Shown here one piece after another: positions 42,311 to 52,082 of a DNA stretch of 64,000 bases (positions are counted from its first letter, which is position 1; each line of letters starts with the position of its first letter). The translations under genes were made by a program, and so were the position numbers. The notes under the pieces are model-generated. The model made no database searches. It had not been told where the DNA came from and was given only the letters and a program-made list of their open reading frames with translations. The stretch is from Candidatus Paceibacter sp. (lineage in GTDB: Bacteria; Patescibacteriota; Minisyncoccia; UBA9983), in assembly GCA_013360865.1 (NCBI GenBank), contig JABWAS010000002.1, positions 30,159 through 94,158 on the forward strand, read 5' to 3'.

Positions 42311-43408
42311 TTAAATTCCGCTTTTAAATAGCGCTTCTATTCCCGGCAACGTGCCATGCGCCAAGAATTCCAGCATGGCGCCGCCGGCGGTGGAAACGAA
42401 AGAAAATTTGTCCATAATTTTAAGCTCGTTCAAGATTGCAACAGTGTCGCCCCCGCCCACTATCGTTCTGGCGCCGGAGTTAGCAATTGCCATGGCGATA
42501 ATTTTCGTCCCTTCCTCAAAGCTCGGTTCTTCCATGCTGCCCAGCGGCCCGTTCCAGAGTATGAAGCGGGCTTCTTTTATCAAACCCTCCAGCCGTTCGG
42601 CCGACTTCGGCCCTACATCCAAAATCACGCCGTCTTTTTTTCTGACATCCTCGGGCAGAATTATTTTCGCGTTCCCCAGATATTTTTCCACGGAAACTTT
42701 TTCATTATAAGAAGAGCCGTCAATGTCTTCGCCTTTGGCTTTGAAGAAGTTATTGGCCAGCGCTCCGCCGATAAAAATTTTGTCGGCGATGTTTAAAAAC
42801 TTGTCCACCACGCCGATTTTCGTTTCCGCCTTGATGCCTCCCAGAATGAGAAGGAACGGGTGGTCAGGGTGGAAAGCGGAATCAAACCCGCTCAATTCCC
42901 CTTCAAAAAGCAGGCCGACAAAAGACGGCAGATATTTGGGCAGACCGACCACCGAAGCGTGCCGGCGGTGCGCCACGCTGAAAGCGTCGTTGACGAAAAT
43001 GTCTCCCAGCGAGGCGAGTTCTCTGGCGAAAACGTCGTCGTTTTTTTCCTCCCCTTCGTGCAAGCGTAAGTTTTCCAGCAACACAACTTGGCCGTCTTCC
43101 ATATCGGCGATTTTTTGCTTTACCGAGGCAATGTCCGAATGTTCAATAAACTTTACCGGTTCGTTTTTAAAATATTTTTCGTTCAGATATTCGCAGACCG
43201 GTTTGATGGTTTTCCCCTTGCCCGGGCTCAGGTGGCTCAAGATTATCGTTTTGGCGCCGGCGTTTTTGAGCAGTTCTATCGTCGGCACGGTTTTCTTTAT
43301 CCGGTACAAATCTTCAATGCGGCCATCCCCAAAAAGCACGTTGAAGTCCGCGCGCAAAAGCACTCTTTTACCTCTAAAATCAATATTTTTAATGCTCGGT
43401 AGCGTCAT
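42311..43408 (-). CDS. pgk: phosphoglycerate kinase
   Basis: RADFNV N-terminal motif and a conserved C-terminal TGGGA/STGGGA-like region (IVGGGDT...VSTAGGAMLE). 365 aa. Confidence 0.9.
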   Translation of the reverse strand: MTLPSIKNIDFRGKRVLLRADFNVLFGDGRIEDLYRIKKTVPTIELLKNAGAKTIILSHLSPGKGKTIKPVCEYLNEKYFKNEPVKFIEHSDIASVKQKIADMEDGQVVLLENLRLHEGEEKNDDVFARELASLGDIFVNDAFSVAHRRHASVVGLPKYLPSFVGLLFEGELSGFDSAFHPDHPFLLILGGIKAETKIGVVDKFLNIADKIFIGGALANNFFKAKGEDIDGSSYNEKVSVEKYLGNAKIILPEDVRKKDGVILDVGPKSAERLEGLIKEARFILWNGPLGSMEEPSFEEGTKIIAMAIANSGARTIVGGGDTVAILNELKIMDKFSFVSTAGGAMLEFLAHGTLPGIEALFKSGI

Positions 43409-43410
43409 TG

Positions 43411-44196
43411 TTATTTTGCAGCTTCAGCATTGCTTGCAACCTCTAAAATCTTCCCAAACTCTTCCGGATCCAAACTTTTCTGCCCGACAAGCAATCCCTG
43501 AACCCGCCCTTTGCCGATAAATTCTCCGGCCGTGGAAGAGTCAACCGAGCCGCCGTAAAGAATGGGCACACCCCTGGCAAAAGAGTCGCCGAAAGACAGC
43601 AATTTTTTCCGGATAAAAAGCGACATTTTAAAAACCGACTCCGGGTCGTCGGGAGTAAGTTTGCCGCCGGAGCTTACGGACCAGACCGGCTCGTAGGCTA
43701 TAACCAAACCTTCAAGCAATTTGCTTTTTACGCCCTTTAATCCGTTTTCAATCTGTTTTCTTACCTCGTCAAAATACAATCCATCGGCGTCTCTCGCCTT
43801 TTCTCCGACGCAAAAAATAATTTTCAGACCGGCTTCCAGCCCAGCTCTTGTTTTCTTGTTCATAATCTCGTCCGTCTCCCCCATTTTGCGCCGCTCCGAA
43901 TGGCCGACAATGACGTACTTAACGCCGTCTTTCTTCAGCATCACCGGCGATATTTCTCCGGTATAAGCTCCTTTTTCCTCGTAAAAAACATCCTGCGCGC
44001 CGAGCTCCAACTTGGAAGCGAAGCTTCCAAGTTCCGATAAATAAACGAACGGCGGACAGACGACAACCTCAACGCCTTTGGCTTTCGCCGCGGCCTTCTT
44101 GATTCCGCCGAAAATTTTTTTGGCTTCTTCCGCCGAAGCCGGATTCATCTTCCAGTTGGCGACGATTATTTTTTTGGCCATATTCAGATTATACAA
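43411..44196 (-). CDS. tpiA: triose-phosphate isomerase
   Basis: ANWKMN, VGHSERR and AYEPVWSV(S)SG motifs. 261 aa. Confidence 0.9.
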   Translation of the reverse strand: MYNLNMAKKIIVANWKMNPASAEEAKKIFGGIKKAAAKAKGVEVVVCPPFVYLSELGSFASKLELGAQDVFYEEKGAYTGEISPVMLKKDGVKYVIVGHSERRKMGETDEIMNKKTRAGLEAGLKIIFCVGEKARDADGLYFDEVRKQIENGLKGVKSKLLEGLVIAYEPVWSVSSGGKLTPDDPESVFKMSLFIRKKLLSFGDSFARGVPILYGGSVDSSTAGEFIGKGRVQGLLVGQKSLDPEEFGKILEVASNAEAAK

Positions 44197-44209
44197 TAAA
44201 TTTAAAAAC

Positions 44210-45517
44210 TTATTCTATTTCTTCCCATGTTTCTATGGAGTAGCCGCCGGACGGGCCGGAAGTGAACAGAAGATTAGCCAGTCCCGTTTCGTAGACGACG
44301 CTGGCGGAGTTGGCCAGCTGTATTTTGTAGGCCGAGGCTTCTTTGACGTTGATATTGTTGGACAGATAAATCATCCCGTGCGGGGCGTAAAGAAGCACTT
44401 TGCCGGAGGCGCTGTTAGACACGGTTATCGCCGCGTTCCCGCCGCCCGTTTCGGCGCTGTTGTTTTGGGAAACAAGCAGGACATAAGACTTGTCGCCGCC
44501 CGAGCCTGAAAACTGAACGGTGTTGCTCAAATACACCTGCCCGCTGGAGCTCCTGTTCGTTTCCTTGTCGGCTATCATAACCACCGTCCTGTCCCCCAAA
44601 GACGGATTGATTTTCACAATGGCGTTGTTGCTGACGTTAATGTTGCCGGAAACCCAGACGTTGCCGTTTAAAGTCAGGACGTCCGTTCCGTCTACGTAAA
44701 GGTCGCAGTTTATTTTCTTGGGTCCTAAAGAAACGGAACCGCTAAGAACGTACGGGCAGGGCGAGGTGTGAGTTCCGCCGGCCGCCGCCTCGACCTTGAA
44801 CTCCTCTATTTGGGCGTCGGATATTGGCAAAGAAGACGTGGCCTGGTCGGGACTGCCCGGATAAGACACTCCGCCTATTGTGGTGCCGGAAATCACCTGA
44901 TAATAAGCGTCTTTGTCTATCTGGGAATTTCTGATGGTGTGGGCGTAAACGGAGCTGGTGGAATGAATGCCGTCCACCAAGCCGTTCGGCCCGGCGGCTA
45001 TGACGTCGCCCCGGGTAATATTACTATTGGAGCCGGTGACAGGCCCGTTGGAAAATACGTTGCCCACGACTTGGGAGCTGTTGGTCATCACCAGACCGCC
45101 GTCGCCCACCTGGATTCCGTAATGGAAAGACGTGCCCGAACCGGGCTGCATTTTGACTTTTACACGGCGCACGGCGCTGGAAGCGTCCGCCGAAGAAACC
45201 ACCTCTTTATAACCGCCCGTGTCGGCAACCGAAGTAGTGGCGTAAAATCCGTCCAAAAACATCACCTCGTCGGAGTCATAATTTTTACCCGAAACCAGGC
45301 GATAAGACATGTCTTCCAGTCCCGCTTCCGCCGTGAAATAACTCTTTTTAGACGAAAGAAAATCTCTTGATATTTTTGACTCTTTGTAAGCAAGCGTGTA
45401 AGCCCCTCCTGTAATGACCAACGAAATCACGGTAAAAAATATCACCGTGGCCAAAACCGCCTGCCCGGAACTGGAATTACGAATTAAGAATTCAGAATTA
45501 AGATTTGGAATTTTCAT
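44210..45517 (-). CDS. PilX-like minor pilin / pilus-associated protein
   Basis: N-terminal TM segment followed by an AEAG motif (YFTAEAGLED) typical of PilX N-terminal domains. A large beta-rich Gly/Ser/Thr-rich C-terminal domain follows. Confidence 0.5.
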   Translation of the reverse strand: MKIPNLNSEFLIRNSSSGQAVLATVIFFTVISLVITGGAYTLAYKESKISRDFLSSKKSYFTAEAGLEDMSYRLVSGKNYDSDEVMFLDGFYATTSVADTGGYKEVVSSADASSAVRRVKVKMQPGSGTSFHYGIQVGDGGLVMTNSSQVVGNVFSNGPVTGSNSNITRGDVIAAGPNGLVDGIHSTSSVYAHTIRNSQIDKDAYYQVISGTTIGGVSYPGSPDQATSSLPISDAQIEEFKVEAAAGGTHTSPCPYVLSGSVSLGPKKINCDLYVDGTDVLTLNGNVWVSGNINVSNNAIVKINPSLGDRTVVMIADKETNRSSSGQVYLSNTVQFSGSGGDKSYVLLVSQNNSAETGGGNAAITVSNSASGKVLLYAPHGMIYLSNNINVKEASAYKIQLANSASVVYETGLANLLFTSGPSGGYSIETWEEIE

Positions 45518-45518
45518 A

Positions 45519-46079
45519 TTAGTAGCTTCCTCTTAAGGTGATAGTATTATAAAAATTTTCCGACCTTTGCATATTAGCACCCCCGGCCCGGACGGTCATT
45601 TTTATCTTCACCGCCGTTCCAGCCGGGGAAGTTATTTTGTTAAACTCCAGATAAGTCAGCTCCGTGGAAGAAGCGGTGAGATATTCGGTCGCGCCGCTGT
45701 CTTCTTTTACAGCCAACGCTCCGTTGTCGCTGAAGAATTCAATTACAGCGGCTCCGCCCGCGCCGGCGGTGTTGAGCTTCAGCCGTCCCGGCGAAAACCC
45801 GAAGACGCTGGCGGCGTCCGTGCCGGTCGCTTTGCGCATTTCTCTGGCCATTCTTTCCATTGCCGCCGAGGCGGAAATGTTTATGGCCCGGGAAACTCTT
45901 ACCGCTCCGTAAGACTTGACTATGGCCAAAAGAGAATTGACAACCGCCAAAACCAGAACAACGAATATGGCCGCGTAAATCACCGTCTCCAGCAATGTCA
46001 CCCCTCTTCCAAGGACGGCCCTTGGAGATTTTTTAAGGACCGTCCTTGGAAGAATCCGGTATTTTTTATTGATTTTCAT
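45519..46079 (-). CDS. type IV prepilin-like protein
   Basis: N-terminus LGRGVTLLETVIYAAIFVVLVLAV, a G|VTLLE prepilin peptidase-type cleavage/methylation motif. Confidence 0.55.
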   Translation of the reverse strand: MKINKKYRILPRTVLKKSPRAVLGRGVTLLETVIYAAIFVVLVLAVVNSLLAIVKSYGAVRVSRAINISASAAMERMAREMRKATGTDAASVFGFSPGRLKLNTAGAGGAAVIEFFSDNGALAVKEDSGATEYLTASSTELTYLEFNKITSPAGTAVKIKMTVRAGGANMQRSENFYNTITLRGSY

Positions 46080-46083
46080 AATT

Positions 46084-46602
46084 TTAATTTGAAAAAATGT
46101 CGGTCAGATACGTTGATATATTTTTGGTGGTGGTGCCGTTTCTGCCCTGCCAGGAAACGGAAACTGTCGCTTTTCGGGAGCCGTCGTCCTCCGTCCCCGA
46201 CTCGGTTATGTCGTCATCGGCGTCGCGGTAAACGTTTTCCAAAACGAATTTTCTTGTAAAAAAGCCGTCAATCATTTGGCCGGTGGCGGTTGCCTTCCAG
46301 CTTGTTCCATCAAATTCCAGATAATAATCCGCGCCGGCGTTAAGCGAAGCGATGTTGTCCTGCCAGCCTTTGTCTCTTAAAATTTTAAGCGCCTCAACTC
46401 CTTCCTCCGCTAAAAAAGAAGCCTGGACGCTTCTGACGCTTTCTCCCACTATCCGCTGGGAAAGCTGGGAAACGGCCATCACTCCGAGCAACGAAAGCGA
46501 GATGACCGCCACTCCCACAACCGCCTCCAGCAACCCAAAACCTCTCATCGAAGACTGACGTCGATGAGGTTTTGCGGCAATATTTTGGTGTTTACGCGTC
46601 AT
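46084..46602 (-). CDS. type IV prepilin-like protein (PilV-like)
   Basis: N-terminus MRGFGLLEAVVGVAVISLSLLGV (G|FGLLE). Confidence 0.6.
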   Translation of the reverse strand: MTRKHQNIAAKPHRRQSSMRGFGLLEAVVGVAVISLSLLGVMAVSQLSQRIVGESVRSVQASFLAEEGVEALKILRDKGWQDNIASLNAGADYYLEFDGTSWKATATGQMIDGFFTRKFVLENVYRDADDDITESGTEDDGSRKATVSVSWQGRNGTTTKNISTYLTDIFSN

Positions 46603-46617
46603 TTTTATGTTTAAAAT

Positions 46618-47106
46618 TTACCGCGCGTCGGTCACTCCGGTCGGTTTGATGGTTATCGTTTTTATCTTGGAAACATCATCCTTTAGCCTTACCCCGACGC
46701 TGCCATAATTACCGGTTTTTCCCGTAAGCCTTTGGAAGACGACATCCGCTCCGCCGCCGTTTAAAGAAACGGGCGATATCTCCAGAACCGGATGCAAAAT
46801 GGAAGTTTCGTTGTAGCTGTCGGCGCTGGAATAGCTGGCGCCTTTGAACAACACGGTCTTGTTCGCCTCAAAATGCACTCCGTATTGCGAAGCGTTTTCA
46901 GAATTTAAGGTTTTAAACCTGGCATCGCTTAGCATGGAAACAATCTGGTCCGCCGCGGCCTCCAGCAACCGCCCGTTTCGCAAAGACGACAAAGGGAAAA
47001 TAATGGCCGCCGCCATCAATCCGATAATAGCCAGAACCACAATGATTTCCAGAAGACTGAAACCTCTTTTTTTCTCTTTAACTTTTTGGAATTTGGATTT
47101 TGGCAT
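46618..47106 (-). CDS. type IV prepilin-like protein
   Basis: N-terminus KRGFSLLEIIVVLAIIGLMAAAII (G|FSLLE). Confidence 0.6.
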   Translation of the reverse strand: MPKSKFQKVKEKKRGFSLLEIIVVLAIIGLMAAAIIFPLSSLRNGRLLEAAADQIVSMLSDARFKTLNSENASQYGVHFEANKTVLFKGASYSSADSYNETSILHPVLEISPVSLNGGGADVVFQRLTGKTGNYGSVGVRLKDDVSKIKTITIKPTGVTDAR

Positions 47107-47114
47107 TTGGTTTT

Positions 47115-50100
47115 TTATCTTACCTCATAAACCTGATAAAGCGCGTCTTCACCTTCATCATAATAATCCGCCACCAGCGCCTCCTCAATGAGCTTAACGC
47201 CAATTTCTTCAAGATCTTGGCGATGTCTCTCAAGTAGCCTTTGCGAATCCTCCCTAAGATGCATGTCAAAAAGAACAGGCTTTCTTTCTTCTGCCGCCTT
47301 TGCCTTTAATTTCTCCACCAATTCTCTAAGAATTCTCCAGCCCAAGCCTTGCCTCTGCGCTTCGGGCAAAACAGCGATATCTTCCAGGTAAATTGATTTG
47401 TCGCTTTCATCCGTTTCATCCTCTATGGCAACCGCATAGGCAACAGCTTCTTTCTTGCCAGTCTTGGGATTAATGCCGTAGGCTATAGTCGAATAGTCTA
47501 GCCCGTTGCTGTCTTTTATGTCCTGAATCATCGCTTCGCCGTGAATTAAATCCGTGCCACGATAAATTTTTCTCTCCAACCTTTTTATTGTTTCAAAATC
47601 ATTTTTGCTTAGAGCTCTTGTATCTAGGTCTTTAAATTCTATTTTAGTTTTAGTTTCTTCTGGCCTGCTTTTTTCTTTTTTAACCGTTTTCTTCTCAGCT
47701 TCCCATATTATTTTTACGCTCTTATCTTCAGCTTCCAATAAATAACCGCCTGCCCGGTTATATCCTCCTAATTTTTCGTATTTAACTGAATCATCCGCCA
47801 TCTTGTTCAGTTCTGCCGAAGTAGGCAAATCATTGTTCGCTTTGCCTAACACCACTTTTTTGGCTCCTATTGCTTTGTCGTAATCTTTCAGATAATCAAC
47901 CAGTTCTTTTTTTAGCTGTTCGGGATAATTACCGCTGTAAACAGTATTAGATTCAATGTTATCAACCACCAAAACCGGTCCTTCCCCCTCTTCGCCCTTA
48001 CCAATCCAACACCAGGCCGCCGTTACTGGTTCGCTCTTGGCTTCATCCCAGATATTGACGATCTGAACACCAAGATCAGTGTTGTAGTCGGCGATAGTTG
48101 ATTCCGCTCCCATATGCTCGCTGTTTATCTTAATGCAGCAATCGGAATAGTTGCCTTGATATAAATCAATATCGGGATTTCTCGCCCATACAAATATACT
48201 CATCGGCTGACTGTCCAGCTTGTCTTTTTCTTTGTCGCTCTTCTCGGAAAAAAGATTGGCAATAGCGGTCCGATCTGTTCTGTAATGGTCAAACTGTTCG
48301 GCAACAGCCTCATCTATTTCTTGCGTCAGCGAGCCTGCTCTTTCTTTGCCCAAAGCCGGAGAAATGATGTCCGGCATTTTCTCTTTAAATTCTTCCACTC
48401 TCTTTTCAAGCGCGTCAAATTTCAGCCTCAATTCTTCCTTACTCTTGGCTATCTTCTGTTTGGCTTCTTGGATTTCTTTGCCCGAAGGAGCTTTGCCGGA
48501 AGATTTTTCCGCAAATTCGTTTTCGGCCTTGATCAAGTTTTCTTGAGACTTGAAAACATCATTTTTTAATTGCGAAAAGTCGGCGATGTCGCCCAATAAT
48601 TTATCCCAGGATGAAACTGTTTTGAGGCTAGCTAACTTTTGACTAAGCCCGTCTATGCCCTTCTGAATGCCTTGCGCTTTTTTGTCGTTCCCTTCGTTTC
48701 TCGCTTTTTCCATTTCCATTCTCATCTTGGCGATCTTGCCCTCAATTTCTTTCGGATCTTCAAGAGGTATCTGAAATTGCGCAAGTTCTTTCTGATAATT
48801 CTTGAGAACTTCTTTGATTTTATAAGTATAGCTGTCAATGGTTTCTTTAATTCTGTTTATCGGGGTGGCAATGGTTTCAGAAAAGGCCAACTTGCTTTTG
48901 CCCGACTCAAGAGAAAAGTAACGGGTTTCTTGATAATTAAGCCACCGGTCAATATTGATTCCGCTTCTTTCAATGTCAGAGAGTATTTCGGGATTGTTTT
49001 CGTAACTCTTTAGTTTCTCCTGCATCAATTGCCGAGATTCCAAAGACTCCGGATCAATGCCGGGATTTTCTTTCAAAATCTCCTTCTTGGCCTCAAAAAG
49101 AGTTTTAATGTTTTGCTTGGACAACTCATCAAACTGCGGAAACTTCACGAGTAATTTTGAACCGAATTTCGGATTCTCCATTACCGCATTGGCAAGAAAA
49201 GGGTTTTTTTGAATATCTCGCAGAAATTCATCAGGGTCTTTTGCAAACTCAAAAAGAAAAAGCAGAGTATCTAAAGATTTATGAGCTTGATCATAAAATT
49301 GAGGAGAGATGGGTTGAATTTGAGAAATCAGGTCTTTAATGTCGGGGATTTGATCAATTATTTCAGAAGGCTGAATGACTACAGAAAATCTTTCTTTAAT
49401 TTCGGATGCAACATGGTGTCTGCCATTTTTAAGGCAGCTAATGTATCCTTCTTTAGCGGCTTGCTGAACTTCTGAAGTTAATAACCACTCCTTGGTTAAG
49501 GAAAATTTTTCTTTAATTTTATTAGCTTTATTAACCAAACCATCTTTAATGCAGCCAACAAATGCTTCTTTGATGGATCGCTGGACAAATTCTTCAGGCA
49601 AAGAAAAACTTTCTTTGATTTTATCGGCACCGTAAAATGAATTATTTTTAAGACGAAGAGTAAAACCCTCTTCGGCGGCCTGCCGAACACTTGCGGAGAA
49701 AGGTATGTCAAACACATTCCGAATTGTTAGTATGCCTTCTAAATCAGCACCATCGTTAGACAGTTTTTTAATTATTTTTTCCTCAGCATTCTTTTTTATA
49801 GAATTAATAGTTTCTAGAGCTATTGGAAATTTGTCTTTTGTCTCAGCTAAAAATTCATAATCTTCTTGTTCTAAAGATTTGAGTAAAATATTTTCAACAT
49901 CTTTTTGTATCTTTTTGGAATATAAAAAATCATCAGATAAATTAATTTCTTTTTTAATGTTGGAAAAATTTGTAAACCATGATTTTATATAATTTACTGA
50001 CCATTTTTCTTCAAAAAATTTCTGTTTAACTCTAATTGCATTTTTAAACTCGTCTCTGATTGCACTTTCAACTTTATTTTTGATTACCATCATAGGAACA

Positions 50101-50834
50101 ATCTCATCAGGTACAAAAAATTTTTCTTTCAATTTACACGAATTTAGCATAGCATTAACTGTGTCAGAATAACCAGGAGTTGCACAATAGTTATCTTCGT
50201 ATTTTTTGCTTATAAGTTCATGCATTCTTCCAGCAACAACGCTCTGAAGTTTTTTATCTAAAGCCGTCTCCTGCGTAATAGGGAACAGGTCAATAAAACT
50301 GAGTATTTTGTGTGTACTAATATTTATTATCCGGGGTGAATAAAGGCTGTTATCATCAGATTCATGCAGCTGAAACAAATTAATCAGTTTTTCTTTGATT
50401 ACTCTCTGAAATTCATCACTTTTAATAATCTCATTGAGCGGAAAATTTTGTTTAACTAATTTTTTTCCAAAAGATTCAGCTTTTTTTATATCTATTTCGT
50501 CATATCTTCTCATGTTACCATTGGTAGCATACATATAAGGGGAAGCCGTAGTTGTATAATAAACAACCTTAATATTTTTTTGCGGATCTATGTCTTTCAG
50601 TAAATTTAACATCTTTTCAGTTATCTGCTCCGGGGTTAAGGCCATTTCTTCTTTTTCTTCCTTCTCTATCAATTTTATCGCCTGACTATAATTATTAACT
50701 TCGCCGAATTCTATTTTTTCCTGCATTTCTGTGGCCTTTTTATGCGCCTCATCAATAATTTCCTCCCTCTCTTTTTCAGGCAAATTATCAATTTTCTTTT
50801 GGTCTTCAATTTTTGAGAAATCAAATTTTTCCAT
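47115..50834 (-). CDS. 1239-aa soluble repeat protein with C-terminal GNAT acetyltransferase-like domain
   Basis: No TM or signal peptide. Three tandem about 34-aa repeats (VRQAAEEGFTLRLKNNSFYGADKIKESFSL / VQRSIKEAFVGCIKDGLVNKANKIKEKFSL / VQQAAKEGYISCLKNGRHHVASEIKERFSV). C-terminus has GNAT motif A (LPEAQRQGLGWRIL). Confidence 0.55.
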   Translation of the reverse strand: MEKFDFSKIEDQKKIDNLPEKEREEIIDEAHKKATEMQEKIEFGEVNNYSQAIKLIEKEEKEEMALTPEQITEKMLNLLKDIDPQKNIKVVYYTTTASPYMYATNGNMRRYDEIDIKKAESFGKKLVKQNFPLNEIIKSDEFQRVIKEKLINLFQLHESDDNSLYSPRIINISTHKILSFIDLFPITQETALDKKLQSVVAGRMHELISKKYEDNYCATPGYSDTVNAMLNSCKLKEKFFVPDEIVPMMVIKNKVESAIRDEFKNAIRVKQKFFEEKWSVNYIKSWFTNFSNIKKEINLSDDFLYSKKIQKDVENILLKSLEQEDYEFLAETKDKFPIALETINSIKKNAEEKIIKKLSNDGADLEGILTIRNVFDIPFSASVRQAAEEGFTLRLKNNSFYGADKIKESFSLPEEFVQRSIKEAFVGCIKDGLVNKANKIKEKFSLTKEWLLTSEVQQAAKEGYISCLKNGRHHVASEIKERFSVVIQPSEIIDQIPDIKDLISQIQPISPQFYDQAHKSLDTLLFLFEFAKDPDEFLRDIQKNPFLANAVMENPKFGSKLLVKFPQFDELSKQNIKTLFEAKKEILKENPGIDPESLESRQLMQEKLKSYENNPEILSDIERSGINIDRWLNYQETRYFSLESGKSKLAFSETIATPINRIKETIDSYTYKIKEVLKNYQKELAQFQIPLEDPKEIEGKIAKMRMEMEKARNEGNDKKAQGIQKGIDGLSQKLASLKTVSSWDKLLGDIADFSQLKNDVFKSQENLIKAENEFAEKSSGKAPSGKEIQEAKQKIAKSKEELRLKFDALEKRVEEFKEKMPDIISPALGKERAGSLTQEIDEAVAEQFDHYRTDRTAIANLFSEKSDKEKDKLDSQPMSIFVWARNPDIDLYQGNYSDCCIKINSEHMGAESTIADYNTDLGVQIVNIWDEAKSEPVTAAWCWIGKGEEGEGPVLVVDNIESNTVYSGNYPEQLKKELVDYLKDYDKAIGAKKVVLGKANNDLPTSAELNKMADDSVKYEKLGGYNRAGGYLLEAEDKSVKIIWEAEKKTVKKEKSRPEETKTKIEFKDLDTRALSKNDFETIKRLERKIYRGTDLIHGEAMIQDIKDSNGLDYSTIAYGINPKTGKKEAVAYAVAIEDETDESDKSIYLEDIAVLPEAQRQGLGWRILRELVEKLKAKAAEERKPVLFDMHLREDSQRLLERHRQDLEEIGVKLIEEALVADYYDEGEDALYQVYEVR

Positions 50835-50866
50835 TGTTTTGTTAGTCTAATGCCTAGATTTTAATG

Positions 50867-52075
50867 TCATATTCCATTCATCACCGAGTACATCGGCCTT
50901 ATCATGGACAAGGCGAAAAACCCGACCGCTCCGCCGATGAGCAGCATCAGAAACGGCTCTATGATCGTGGTGATGTTTTTGGTCGCCTCGGCTACTTCGT
51001 CCTCGTAAAAAGAGGCCACCCTTTCCAGCATCTCGCCGACTTTTCCGGTTTCTTCGCCTACCGCCATCATTTCCCCAACCATCACCGGATAATATTTCGG
51101 CGCCTGTTTGAAAGCGTTAGAAATAGGCACGCCTTTCTGCACGTCTTCAATGGCGTTGTTCAGTATTTTTTTGTAATCGCTATTTTGCAGAACGTCTTTG
51201 GTAATTGTAAGCGCCTCCACGATGTTGATTCCGGAGCTCACCAACGAAGAAAGCGTCCGGCTCGTCCTGGCGGAATAAAGTTTTTTGGCCACCGGAGAAA
51301 TTATCGGCGCGTTGAGCATCAAAAAACCGAGAGCCTTCCGGCCATTTTCCGAGCGCAAAAACCATACCGCGGCGGCCAGAATAAAAACAAGAACGGCCAG
51401 AAATAAAATAGTGTGCCCGGTCAGTGTTTCGCTTATAAAAATTATCACTTTGGTGCTCAAAGGCAGCTCCATATTCATATCTTTGAAAGTGGAAACGAGG
51501 GTTGGCACCACGTAGACGAACATAAAGGCGCCGATGCCGAGCATGGCCAGAAGAATCACGCACGGATAAATCATCGCTCCTCTTATTTTCTTAAACAGGA
51601 TGTAATCTTTTTCCATCTGCTGGCCGGCCGTCTTTAAAGAGTCGCTCAATCTTCCGCTCTCTTCGCCCGTTCTTACCATGGCCGTAAAAAGTTTGGAAAA
51701 CGTTCCCGGGCGCTTTTTCATCGCCTCGCTTAGGGCGACTCCTTTTTTGGCATCCTCCAAAAGCGCCGCTATGATTTTGGCGAAAACTTTGTTTTTGGTC
51801 TGGCGGCTTAAAATTTCCAGCGCCCGGGCAAGCGGCAACCCGGCCGAAATCATCACTCCCAAATTTTTGGAAAACATTATCTTCTCCGCCGCGGAAATAA
51901 ATCCGATTCCGGCCAGAAGCGAGCGCAAGTCGCCTTTCTTTCCTTTTTCTATTATGGAAACCGGTATTTCTCCTCTCTCGCGGAGTTTATGGGCGGCCTC
52001 GAACTTGTCTCCCGCGTCTATTTCCCCGCCCGTGTCTTCGCCCGATATTTTTTTGGCTTTGTATTCAAAAATCAT
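50867..52075 (-). CDS. type II secretion / type IV pilus platform protein GspF/PilC
   Basis: Two GspF-type repeats and polytopic membrane topology. 402 aa. Confidence 0.85.
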   Translation of the reverse strand: MIFEYKAKKISGEDTGGEIDAGDKFEAAHKLRERGEIPVSIIEKGKKGDLRSLLAGIGFISAAEKIMFSKNLGVMISAGLPLARALEILSRQTKNKVFAKIIAALLEDAKKGVALSEAMKKRPGTFSKLFTAMVRTGEESGRLSDSLKTAGQQMEKDYILFKKIRGAMIYPCVILLAMLGIGAFMFVYVVPTLVSTFKDMNMELPLSTKVIIFISETLTGHTILFLAVLVFILAAAVWFLRSENGRKALGFLMLNAPIISPVAKKLYSARTSRTLSSLVSSGINIVEALTITKDVLQNSDYKKILNNAIEDVQKGVPISNAFKQAPKYYPVMVGEMMAVGEETGKVGEMLERVASFYEDEVAEATKNITTIIEPFLMLLIGGAVGFFALSMIRPMYSVMNGI

Positions 52076-52082
52076 TTTGTTT

